DNA of 55,164 nt, from contig JBLIOL010000001.1 in NCBI GenBank assembly GCA_047639615.1, positions 1 through 55,164 of the forward strand, given 5' to 3'. This stretch comes from Planctomycetota bacterium. GTDB lineage: Bacteria > Planctomycetota > UBA1135 > GCA-002686595. Below are positions 36,697 through 44,893 of this stretch, piece by piece (within the stretch, counting starts at the first letter, position 1; each line of letters starts with the position of its first letter). The notes beneath the pieces are model-generated. The model had not been told where the DNA came from. It saw nothing but the letters and a program-made list of their open reading frames with translations, and made no database searches. Position numbers and translations under genes: made by a program.

Positions 36697-39560
36697 TGCA
36701 GCTACGCCCCATCCACATGCTTCTGGGTCTCGCCGTCCTGCTCGGCCTCTCCACCCCAGCCCGGGCCGCGGCCTCGGTGCAAGACGACGGTGCCGGCATC
36801 ACGCGCGCAGAAGCTGCTCTAGCTGAGGAGCAGGCACTCATCGCGCGCCAACTGCGCCGCGTACGCGAGGTGATGAAATCCCTGGCAGACATCCGTGAAA
36901 AGGAAGGCCGCATACACGCGGCCAAGCTGCTGCGGGATGCCCTCGAAGAGCTAGACCGCCGCGACCTGCAGGACGGAGGTACGACCCTAGAGGAACTGAT
37001 GGACGCCTCGCGAGATGATCTCCGCGGCGGGCGCAGCATGGCTGCCCTCGAGCCCCAGGAACAAACCCTGCGCCGTGTGGTACGTCTGATGAACGTACTC
37101 CTCGACCGCAAGAACCTGGACGACTTGGACGAGAGCCTCAAGTCACTCAAGGAGATCAAGGCCCAGCTACAAGCCCTCAAAGACGAGGAGCGCAGCATCA
37201 TCGAGGACACCGAAGAGCTGCGTGAGGACTCCAAGAACGACGCGCAGAAGGATCTCGAGTCCGCCCTGGAAAGCGCCCTACAGGAGCAGCGCAAACTGCT
37301 GGCCGATGCAGAGAAGCAGGCGCGCAGTTCAGGCCTCTTCGACCTGGAACAACTCAAGAACCAGCTGGACGCCTTGGTCTCCGATCAAGAGCTTGGCTCC
37401 AAGACCTTCTCGGCTTGGTCGCCGAAGAGCACCCAGGAGCTCGAGGTAGCCCGCCCCGACCTGACCCAAGCACGCGCCTCGGAAGCGGAAGCGAAACGCC
37501 TGCGCGACGCGGCCGAAACCCTGCGCGAAGCCGCAGAGGAAGCGCGCGCCATGCAAGGCAGCGCCGCCCCCGATGAAGCCGCCGACGCCCTCTCCAAGGC
37601 CGCCTCCCGCGAGCAACGCAACGCCCAGGTGGCGCCCGACGAGAGTGCCAAGGAAGCTGCTAGGCAGGCGGCTGACGCACTCACCGAGAGCGCCAAGGAA
37701 ATGGCTGCCGCCAGCGACCAGAGCAGCCGCGAGAGCGCTGCTCAAAACGCCGAAGCCCGCGCCAGCGAACTCGAAGCAGCCGCCGCCGAAGCCGCTGCGC
37801 GCGCCGCCGCTGCGCGTGCCGCCGCGAAGGAAACAATCGACCCCATCGCTGGTACGCCCTCCATGTCCGGCGCCGCCGCAGAGCGCGTGCAGGAAGCCCT
37901 GGACGCAGCCCAAGCCCAAAGCGGCGAGGAGGGCGCGCGCCAATCCACCGAGGAGGCCCTGCGCAAGCTCGACGAAGCCACGGATGCCGAGGCACGACTC
38001 TCCCAGGCCCTTGAAGCGAGCCAAGCCGAAGGAGCCAAGCGCGCGCAAGCCATCGCCGAAGGCCTCGAGCGCGCCGGTGAAGCTGGCCAAAGCCCCGCCG
38101 CCAAGAAGGCTGGTGAAGCTCTTGAGCAAGCCGCCGAGGCAATGGCCGAGGCTGAGAAGGCCGCCCGAAACCTGGATGCGAAGGACGCCGCAGAACAGGC
38201 CCAAGCCGCGTCGGAAGCCCTAGCCAAAGCGCAAGCCGCCATGGAGCAAGCCATGGCCGAGCAGCAGGCCAGCGCAAGCTCCGACGCCGCGAGCGAACGC
38301 AAGGCCACGGCCGAAGCGCAAGCCGCTCTCGCCGAGCAAGTCGCCGCGGCCCAGTCCCAGGCGAGCCAGGGCAGCATGTCGCCCGAGGCACAAGCGGGTG
38401 TGGAGCAGGCCATGCAAAAAGCACAAGAGGCTATGGAGAAGGCCGCCGAGCAACTGCAGAGCCCCGGCGAGAGCCGCGCCGCCAGCAAATCCCAGAGCGA
38501 AGCCATCGAAGCTCTGGACGAGGCCCTGGACCAAGCCCAAGCCGGCGTCGAACCCCAGGGCCAAGCCGGTGAGGACAAGGCGCAAGAGTTGGCCGAGCGC
38601 CAGCGCAAGGTGGAAGAGGAGCTGCTCGACCTCGCCCGTCGCAACGCCGAACGCGAAGGCGCACTCTCCGACGCCGACATCAAGTCCGCCGCCGAGTCCG
38701 CCTCCGAAGCCGCCGAGTCCCTGGAGCAAGCTGGCGGATCGCCGCCGCCTCAATCCCAGGAAGAGAACGACCCGAAGAAGGACCTGTCGGAAGCCGTCGA
38801 GGAAGAGCGCGAGACCGAGCGCAAGATCGACGAGGCACTGGCCGAGCTGGAAGAAGAGGAGCAGCAGTACCAGGAGTTGCGCCAGGAGGAACTGCTCTTC
38901 CAAATCGCCGAAGAGGTGGAGGCCATGCTCGTCCCCCATCGCGAACAGATGGCCGCTACTTCCGAGCTCGACGCCAGCCGCGAAGGCACGCGCGTGACGC
39001 GCGCCCTGCGCGTGCGTCTGCGCGGCATCGCCCGTGAAGAAGAAGCGATCCTCGCCCGCGCCACCAAGGTGGCCGACGCCCTCGAAGGCGAAGGCGTGAT
39101 CGTGTTCCACGAGATCGTGCGCAATGTGGAAGCCGACCTGGTGCGCATCGTGCGCAGCCTGGGCGAGAGCTACAGCTCCGGCGACCGCGTGCAAGCCTTG
39201 CAGGAGGACGTGCTCACCAGCCTCGAATGGCTCGAGGCGGCCCTGCGTCAAGAGCTGGAAGACCGCGAGCAACAGGAGTCCGAGCCGCCCCCGCCGTCGG
39301 AGGGTGAGCCCCAGGAACCGCCCCTGGTTCCGGACGTGGCCGAGCTCAAGCTCCTGCGCCAACTCGAGACCGAAGTGCTCGCCCGCATCCAGCAATTCGT
39401 GGACCTACACCCCGAATTGCGAGATCCCGAGATTCAGCCCAACCCGCTGGTCCTGGAGGACATCTCACGTCTCGCTTACAGACATCGTCGCGTAGCCGAG
39501 CTATTTAGCATGTTTCGGGAACGCCTAGGCATCCCCAGTGCGGAAGACGCACCGGACTGA
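36696..39560 (+). CDS. Secreted 954-aa Ala/Glu/Gln-rich coiled-coil protein
   Basis: TAATG overlap with the previous gene. Signal peptide LLGLAVLLGLSTPARAAA. Several hundred residues of A/E/Q/K low-complexity helix. More ordinary C-terminal ~250 aa. Confidence 0.75.
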   Translation: MQLRPIHMLLGLAVLLGLSTPARAAASVQDDGAGITRAEAALAEEQALIARQLRRVREVMKSLADIREKEGRIHAAKLLRDALEELDRRDLQDGGTTLEELMDASRDDLRGGRSMAALEPQEQTLRRVVRLMNVLLDRKNLDDLDESLKSLKEIKAQLQALKDEERSIIEDTEELREDSKNDAQKDLESALESALQEQRKLLADAEKQARSSGLFDLEQLKNQLDALVSDQELGSKTFSAWSPKSTQELEVARPDLTQARASEAEAKRLRDAAETLREAAEEARAMQGSAAPDEAADALSKAASREQRNAQVAPDESAKEAARQAADALTESAKEMAAASDQSSRESAAQNAEARASELEAAAAEAAARAAAARAAAKETIDPIAGTPSMSGAAAERVQEALDAAQAQSGEEGARQSTEEALRKLDEATDAEARLSQALEASQAEGAKRAQAIAEGLERAGEAGQSPAAKKAGEALEQAAEAMAEAEKAARNLDAKDAAEQAQAASEALAKAQAAMEQAMAEQQASASSDAASERKATAEAQAALAEQVAAAQSQASQGSMSPEAQAGVEQAMQKAQEAMEKAAEQLQSPGESRAASKSQSEAIEALDEALDQAQAGVEPQGQAGEDKAQELAERQRKVEEELLDLARRNAEREGALSDADIKSAAESASEAAESLEQAGGSPPPQSQEENDPKKDLSEAVEEERETERKIDEALAELEEEEQQYQELRQEELLFQIAEEVEAMLVPHREQMAATSELDASREGTRVTRALRVRLRGIAREEEAILARATKVADALEGEGVIVFHEIVRNVEADLVRIVRSLGESYSSGDRVQALQEDVLTSLEWLEAALRQELEDREQQESEPPPPSEGEPQEPPLVPDVAELKLLRQLETEVLARIQQFVDLHPELRDPEIQPNPLVLEDISRLAYRHRRVAELFSMFRERLGIPSAEDAPD

Positions 39561-39645
39561 TGCCCCTAAGGATTACTCTGTCGCTTATCTTCGGAACCCT
39601 CAGCAGTCGATCTGCCAACTGATGCAGACCCAAGGAAACCAACCT

Positions 39646-40080
39646 ATGACTCAGCCGAAATCTCACCTCGCCAGGACCATCACCGTCCTAGCCGCCAGCG
39701 CCTTGCTAATCCAAGCCGCGGTGCAGGGAGCTGGTATCCAAGACCCCGCCAAGCTGGACGAGATCAATCCCTTCCGCGAAGAGGCCACGGGGGAAAGCGC
39801 TCAGGAAGAAATGACGCGCCTATTCCAAGAGGTCGAGCAGTCCATGAACCGCATGGGCTCGCTGCTCATGGACGCGAGCAAGGGCGAGACCGGCAAGCTC
39901 ACAGAGGTCGGCGAGTCCGGCATCGATGAGCTCTTGCGCAACGCCGACCCCTCCTCCAGTTCCAGTTCCGGCGGCGCACTCGCCGACCTGCTGAATGCCA
40001 CCGGCACCGAAGGCCAGTCGGTGCTCAGCGGCATCGATCGCATTCTGGAGATCGCCCAAAGCCAGGGCGACGGCACCTGA
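39646..40080 (+). CDS. Small secreted protein (possibly the N-terminal part of a longer protein continuing through the TGA at 40078)
   Basis: ATG at 39646 preceded by AAGGAAA. Signal peptide TITVLAASALLIQAAVQGAG. Ends GDGT-TGA, and the next ORF is in the same frame 9 nt later. Confidence 0.6.
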   Translation: MTQPKSHLARTITVLAASALLIQAAVQGAGIQDPAKLDEINPFREEATGESAQEEMTRLFQEVEQSMNRMGSLLMDASKGETGKLTEVGESGIDELLRNADPSSSSSSGGALADLLNATGTEGQSVLSGIDRILEIAQSQGDGT

Positions 40081-40089
40081 AGCGGCACC

Positions 40090-40461
40090 ATGCAGGGCGG
40101 TCCGCCCAGCGAAGGTAAAGGTGAAGGTCAGAAGCCTCACGAGTCCGGCAAGAAGAAAGACCAGAGTGAGTCCGAGCCCAAGGAAGGCGAGGACGGCAAG
40201 AAGCCAGGCGAGAAGCCCCAGGGCGAAAAGCCCGACGGCAACCAGGCATCCACGCCTAATCCCCAGGACAACAAGCAAGGCGAAGCTCCCGAGCAGCCCG
40301 TGCAAGACGAGCGCGGGGCCAGCCCCGTGATCGACGTCTGGGGTGAGCTACCCATTCACCTGCGCGACATCTTCCGCGCCGAAGGTGGCGTGGACGTGCC
40401 CGCTCAGTACCGCGACTGGATCGACTCCTACTACCGGCGCCTCAACCGCCGCAGTCAGTAA
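40090..40461 (+). CDS. Lys/Glu/Pro-rich protein with conserved-looking C-terminal 'WGELP...YRDWIDSYYRRL' motif
   Basis: Good ORF but no signal peptide of its own. In frame with 39646..40080 across a single TGA. Low-complexity linker followed by an ordered ~45-aa tail. Confidence 0.55.
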   Translation: MQGGPPSEGKGEGQKPHESGKKKDQSESEPKEGEDGKKPGEKPQGEKPDGNQASTPNPQDNKQGEAPEQPVQDERGASPVIDVWGELPIHLRDIFRAEGGVDVPAQYRDWIDSYYRRLNRRSQ

Positions 40462-40471
40462 CAAGCGGCCC

Positions 40472-41677
40472 ATGGTGACCCTACGTGTGGCCGCCATGGG
40501 CCGATACTTTGTCTTGGCCCTAGCTCTAGCTCTGCAGGGCTACGCAGACGGACGTGCGAGCGACGGTCCGCCGCGGGCGATTCGCACGGCGCAGAAGATC
40601 ACCAGCGTCAGCAGCGCACGACAGGAGCCCGAGAGCGAGGGCCAAAGCCTGCCCGCGACACGGCCCGACCCCACGGAACTCGCCCTCGAACGCGGACTCG
40701 AGTTCCTGGCCAGCCAGCAGTCCCGCACGGGCACCGGCGCCCTGCCCTGCACCCACGGCGCCGAATTCGCCCCCGTCGGCGTCACCGCCCTCGGTGCACT
40801 GGCCTGGATGGGCGGCGGCTCGAGCCTGACCCGCGGCCCCTACAGTCCGCAGCTCAAGCTAGCGGTCAAGTACCTGCTGGATCATCAACTGCAAGAGGGT
40901 CCCGCCGCCGGCTACATCACCGACAGTGCCGACCAACGCTCCCAAACCCACGGCCACGGCCTAGCGACCCTGGCCCTGACCCAGGCCTACGCCCAGTCGC
41001 CGCGCTCACCCCAGGGCGCGCGCCTGCAGAAGGCCATCAGCGCTGCCGTAGTCCGCATCGAAGCCAGCCAGGGCATCGACGGCGGCTGGTTCTACGATCC
41101 GCACCCGACCACCGAGCAAGAGGGCTCCGTGACCGTCTGCTTGGTCTGGGCCCTACGCGGCGCACGCAACGCAGGCTTCAAGGTCGACGCGGCCGTGATC
41201 GCGAAGGCCATCACCTACGTGAAGTCTCTGCAGGCGAAGAACGGGGGCTTCCGCTACTCCCATAGCATGCCCACCACCTCCGTGGCTCTAACCGCGGCAA
41301 GCCTCTCTACCCTGCACGCCACCGGCATCTACGAGGGCGCCGTAGTCGAGGACGGCTACGGCTACATCTGGCGCGAGCTCAGCGCACGGGATCTGGACAG
41401 CGGCCAAATCGATCAACCGATCTTCCCCTTCTACGAGCGCATGTACCTATCGCAAGCCCTCTGGCAGCACCGGGACACGAAGATCTTCTGGACCTGGGCC
41501 ACGCCCGAACAACAACGCGTACTGCGCGCGCAGCACGCCGACGGCTCCTGGGAAGACAGGCGCCTCAGCGCCGGCGGCGATCCCGTGGTCGCGCGTTACG
41601 GTGGCGCCTATGCGACCGCCGTGAACTGCCTATTCCTGGCGGTACCCCGGGGCTCGCTCCCGGTCTTCACGCGCTGA
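40472..41677 (+). CDS. Secreted prenyltransferase / squalene-cyclase-repeat (alpha/alpha toroid) protein, paralog of 33214..34350
   Basis: ATG 40472 (or 40496) gives YFVLALALALQGYADG, which is signal-like. Repeats QGIDGGWFYD, AKNGGFRYS, HADGSWED. Ends ...PRGSLPVFTR, like its paralog. Confidence 0.75.
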   Translation: MVTLRVAAMGRYFVLALALALQGYADGRASDGPPRAIRTAQKITSVSSARQEPESEGQSLPATRPDPTELALERGLEFLASQQSRTGTGALPCTHGAEFAPVGVTALGALAWMGGGSSLTRGPYSPQLKLAVKYLLDHQLQEGPAAGYITDSADQRSQTHGHGLATLALTQAYAQSPRSPQGARLQKAISAAVVRIEASQGIDGGWFYDPHPTTEQEGSVTVCLVWALRGARNAGFKVDAAVIAKAITYVKSLQAKNGGFRYSHSMPTTSVALTAASLSTLHATGIYEGAVVEDGYGYIWRELSARDLDSGQIDQPIFPFYERMYLSQALWQHRDTKIFWTWATPEQQRVLRAQHADGSWEDRRLSAGGDPVVARYGGAYATAVNCLFLAVPRGSLPVFTR

Positions 41678-42556
41678 GACGCGCGTCGCTTCCGCCCCAC
41701 GAGCGCTGGGCGTGAGCATCACCACGGACAGGGAATCGACCCCGTTCTGTTCCGCCGCCGTGATCTTGGCCTGCAGTTCGAGGTTGGCTTCGAAGATAGC
41801 GGACATCAGCGCACCCTTGCGCTCGGCCTGCTCCTCGTGTTCGCCGAGGCCCTGGACCTCGTCGTAGATGGAGGCGACCCCGTCCTCCTCTTGCACACCG
41901 CGAGAGGCACGCGCTAGTGCACCTTCCGTACGCTTCAACTCGGCCACCAGCTTCGTCACCCGGCGTCCCAGCACTTCCGTCTCCGAACGGTGCTGGTCGA
42001 TCAGCACCTGACGCGAACGGGCGCGCTCCTGACGCAGCTCGCCCACGGCCAAACGAATCACACGCAGCTCGAGCTCGTCCGCCAGATTGGAGCGCAGGTC
42101 GGCGGCGCGGAAGAGATGCTGCAGACGCTGGGTCAGGCGCCCATCCTCCTCGCCCTCGACCCCCGGCTCCTGCGCGAGTGCGGCCTCCTCTTGACGCAGA
42201 TTCCGACGCCGTACGCGCAGGTCGCGCTTGAGTCGCTCGAGAGCGGACCCGGCTTGAGCCTCGGTAGGCTTCACATCAGCCACCTGTCCGGAAGCCCCAG
42301 CCTGCTCGCCTTGCAACAGACTCATGAACTCCAGGCGTGCGTCCTGGGAGAACTCCAGATCGTCTTCCCCGGGCTCACCCACCGTGCGCTTCAGCAGGGT
42401 GCGGTTGACGGCCTTCTCGATCAGCGCAGCCATATGGCTCAGGCTGATGGAGCGCACGGCTCGCACGCCGCGAGCCTGCATCTCTTCAGGAGTGGTCGGA
42501 CGCGCCCAACGGCGCACGACCTCTGTCAGTTCTTCACCTACGGGGGGCTTATCCAT
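41630..42556 (-). CDS. Hypothetical cytoplasmic coiled-coil protein
   Basis: Good GC3 and a long heptad-like charged region. No signal peptide. Its 3' end overlaps the convergent gene by 48 nt. Start is ATG 42556, or further upstream at 42577. Confidence 0.55.
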   Translation of the reverse strand: MDKPPVGEELTEVVRRWARPTTPEEMQARGVRAVRSISLSHMAALIEKAVNRTLLKRTVGEPGEDDLEFSQDARLEFMSLLQGEQAGASGQVADVKPTEAQAGSALERLKRDLRVRRRNLRQEEAALAQEPGVEGEEDGRLTQRLQHLFRAADLRSNLADELELRVIRLAVGELRQERARSRQVLIDQHRSETEVLGRRVTKLVAELKRTEGALARASRGVQEEDGVASIYDEVQGLGEHEEQAERKGALMSAIFEANLELQAKITAAEQNGVDSLSVVMLTPSARGAEATRVSAREDRERAPGYRQE

Positions 42557-42676
42557 GGAATCGGGCCAAGAGCCCAACCATCAGAGTAAGCCAAGCCGGG
42601 CGATTTGCCCAGTTGCCCATGCCGTAAGACGCGTGCACAGCCCTCAATTTGCTTGAGGGCCGCGCTTCACACGCGA

Positions 42677-43021
42677 TTAGTTCCCCGTGGAGAACGGCGA
42701 ACGCCAGCCGCTTACTTCTTTCTGGGAGCCCTCGGGCTGGGTGTAGACGTAGGCCGTGCCCTTGCGGCTGCGCAGGTCGTGGATCCAGAAAAAGTACGGG
42801 TTCACGAAGAGCACGTCCCCCACGCCAGCCACCAGCCCGACGATCGGATACACCGGCAGGATGTCCTGGAGCAGTGCGCCGTGGACCCATGCGTCCTGGG
42901 AGTACTTCTGATTGACGTGGTTGTCCCAGCTGCGTGCCATGCGGTTCGGGCCCGAGCGGCAGGAGGACAGGGCGAGCAGGCCGGCGAGGGCCAAGCCCGT
43001 GAGGAGAGACTTGCGTTTCAT
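42677..43021 (-). CDS. Small lipoprotein (DUF3332-like)
   Basis: MKRKSLLTGLALAGLLALSSC lipobox. 'WDNHVN...PVYPIVGLVAGVGDVLFVNPYFFW' resembles DUF3332 lipoproteins, from memory only. Confidence 0.6.
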   Translation of the reverse strand: MKRKSLLTGLALAGLLALSSCRSGPNRMARSWDNHVNQKYSQDAWVHGALLQDILPVYPIVGLVAGVGDVLFVNPYFFWIHDLRSRKGTAYVYTQPEGSQKEVSGWRSPFSTGN

Positions 43022-43070
43022 GGGTGCTGTCGATGCAAGGGGGTCGGAAGCGATAGGCCCACCCTAACAC

Positions 43071-43110
43071 GCGAGCGAGGGGGCTGGATAAATCCAGCCC
43101 CCTCGCTCGC
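43071..43110 (-). terminator. Long perfect hairpin 20 nt downstream of the 43130..44761 stop
   Basis: GCGAGCGAGGGGGCTGGA-TAAA-TCCAGCCCCCTCGCTCGC, an 18-bp perfect stem. No clear U-tract, so terminator or RNA-stability function is inferred only. Confidence 0.5.
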
Positions 43111-43129
43111 AGACTCACTCGAACAGGAA

Positions 43130-44761
43130 TTAGTTGTTCGAGGCGACGCTCAGGGTGCCATGAACCGATTGGTGTCCCTGGCTCTGGCGCTTGGCGATCA
43201 GCTCGCTAAGCACACCAGAGAGGTCCGGGATGCCGCGGAGAGCTGCGGAGATGGTGAACTCGGAGACGCCATGGTTCATGCCCAAGGACAGGGTCGTCCC
43301 GCTCAGGAGCTCGAACATGGCGGCAGCTTCGTCGCGGTCGTTGCCGCGCAGGTTCGGGAGCACGAAGCTACCCATGCGCCCCATGTGCACGCCGACCAAG
43401 CTGGTGCGGCCGTTCTCCATAGCAGCGATCAGATCGCTGAAGCCCTCGTCCTGCATGATGCCGCTTCCGGAGTGCTCGGCTTCCACAGCGGCCTCGAGGG
43501 CACGCTGACTGGTAGCGACGATCAGCTCGGACTGGTGCGGCAGCACGAAGAGCGGCATGCCGTTCATGGAGAAGCGCGTGCCCTCATGACCGGAGACCTG
43601 AATAGCTGCCGGAGCCGGACCCTTTGAGGCCAGCGAAGCAACGGACAGAAGCGTGCCCCAGAGCTGGGAGCTGCGCTCCACATTGTTGACGCGCAGGCAG
43701 AGGCCGACGTCGGGGATCGGGCTGCCTTGGTCGCCCATGGGCAGTGCGAAGGCGGAGACCTGAGCCAGGTTGCCGAAGAGCTCGCGCCCGAGGTCCATGG
43801 CGGAGACGCGGCCGGGCTCACCGGCGGGGATCTCACCAACAGGGTTCAGAGAGAGTGCGATGAATGCGGCGGCACCGGCGGGCACGCTGGAGAGAGTCTC
43901 GGCGGAGAGGCTCGGCATGCCGAGCAGGTCGAAGGCCAGGTTGTGGTGATCTTCATCCAGGTCGAGCATCAGATCCACGCCGATGCCTTCGCCGGTGAGG
44001 GAGATGCGGCCGGCCAGAGCGCGGGTGCTCTCCGGGTCGAGCATGTCCATGACAGCGGCGGCGCCCGGATCCTGGCTGGCGACCATGGTCAGACCCATCA
44101 TGATCTGAGGCATGATCGGCTCCACGTTCACGCAGAAGTAGAGCAGGCTGCCGTTGCGCAGGGCCAGGCTCTTCTCAAGGCCGTCGGTGCCGAGCAGACC
44201 GGAGTCCTTGTCCCCAGAAGCTTGGCGCTCCAGAGCGTCGGAGATCAGGTTGGGAGAGGTTGCAGCGATCACCAACTGGTCGGTCAAAGTGACCCAGAGC
44301 TGGTTCTCGATGATGTAGGTGGGATGTCCGCCGATGTCTTCGGTGGAGGGACCACCGGCCGGAACGACGGTCTCGAGCAGACCGCGGATGATGTCGAGAT
44401 TGCCCGGATCCAGAATCGCAATGCCGCCGGGAGGGCCGCCGGCCATGTTGAGCGAGGTCACGGCCACGGCAGCGCCGCTCAAGCCGAGCAACTCGTTGAC
44501 GAGCAGCGGGCTGATGGCCAGACGGCGATCTCCGAGCTGAATGCCATCACCCATCAGGCCCAACTTCTGAAGCAACACGCCGACGCGCTCACCGGGAGCA
44601 TCGAGCTCCGCGTAGAAGATCGAGTCCTCAGGCATCAGGCGCGCCAAGTCGCCGGCATCCATGTCGGCTTGGGGCGCAGCCATGACCAGGGGGGCACTGG
44701 CGAGAACGAGGGCGGGCGAGAGCAGAGCCCAGGAACGCCTGGAGAGGGAGCGAGAGAACAT
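43130..44761 (-). CDS. Hypothetical secreted protein
   Basis: Signal peptide SWALLSPALVLASAPLVMAAPQ. 543-aa ORF with coding-like composition, whereas the antisense ORF has His/Gly/Gln/Asp-rich artefact composition. Confidence 0.7.
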   Translation of the reverse strand: MFSRSLSRRSWALLSPALVLASAPLVMAAPQADMDAGDLARLMPEDSIFYAELDAPGERVGVLLQKLGLMGDGIQLGDRRLAISPLLVNELLGLSGAAVAVTSLNMAGGPPGGIAILDPGNLDIIRGLLETVVPAGGPSTEDIGGHPTYIIENQLWVTLTDQLVIAATSPNLISDALERQASGDKDSGLLGTDGLEKSLALRNGSLLYFCVNVEPIMPQIMMGLTMVASQDPGAAAVMDMLDPESTRALAGRISLTGEGIGVDLMLDLDEDHHNLAFDLLGMPSLSAETLSSVPAGAAAFIALSLNPVGEIPAGEPGRVSAMDLGRELFGNLAQVSAFALPMGDQGSPIPDVGLCLRVNNVERSSQLWGTLLSVASLASKGPAPAAIQVSGHEGTRFSMNGMPLFVLPHQSELIVATSQRALEAAVEAEHSGSGIMQDEGFSDLIAAMENGRTSLVGVHMGRMGSFVLPNLRGNDRDEAAAMFELLSGTTLSLGMNHGVSEFTISAALRGIPDLSGVLSELIAKRQSQGHQSVHGTLSVASNN

Positions 44762-44893
44762 GTGGAACCTTGGTGGCCTGTCGTTGAGTCAAAGGGAAGC
44801 AGCCCCCCACAGGGGCCTGTTGCTCGATTCGGTGGCACCGAATGACTATTCGCGGTGCTTCAGGGTTTTCTCCGCCCCCCTCGAGGGGCCACC

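Noticed and set aside
37329-39395. Three long minus-strand ORFs (291, 313 and 391 aa) inside the coiled-coil gene
   Set aside because: They mirror the GCN/GAR-rich low-complexity coding strand, giving Ala/Gly/Leu/Arg runs with no signal or motif. The plus-strand ORF is continuous for 954 aa and is coupled to its neighbours.
42605-44845. Plus-strand ORFs of 340 and 372 aa antisense to the lipoprotein and secreted-protein genes
   Set aside because: Their His/Gly/Asp/Gln/Arg-rich composition is typical of antisense frames, and the minus-strand products have signal peptides and a lipobox.
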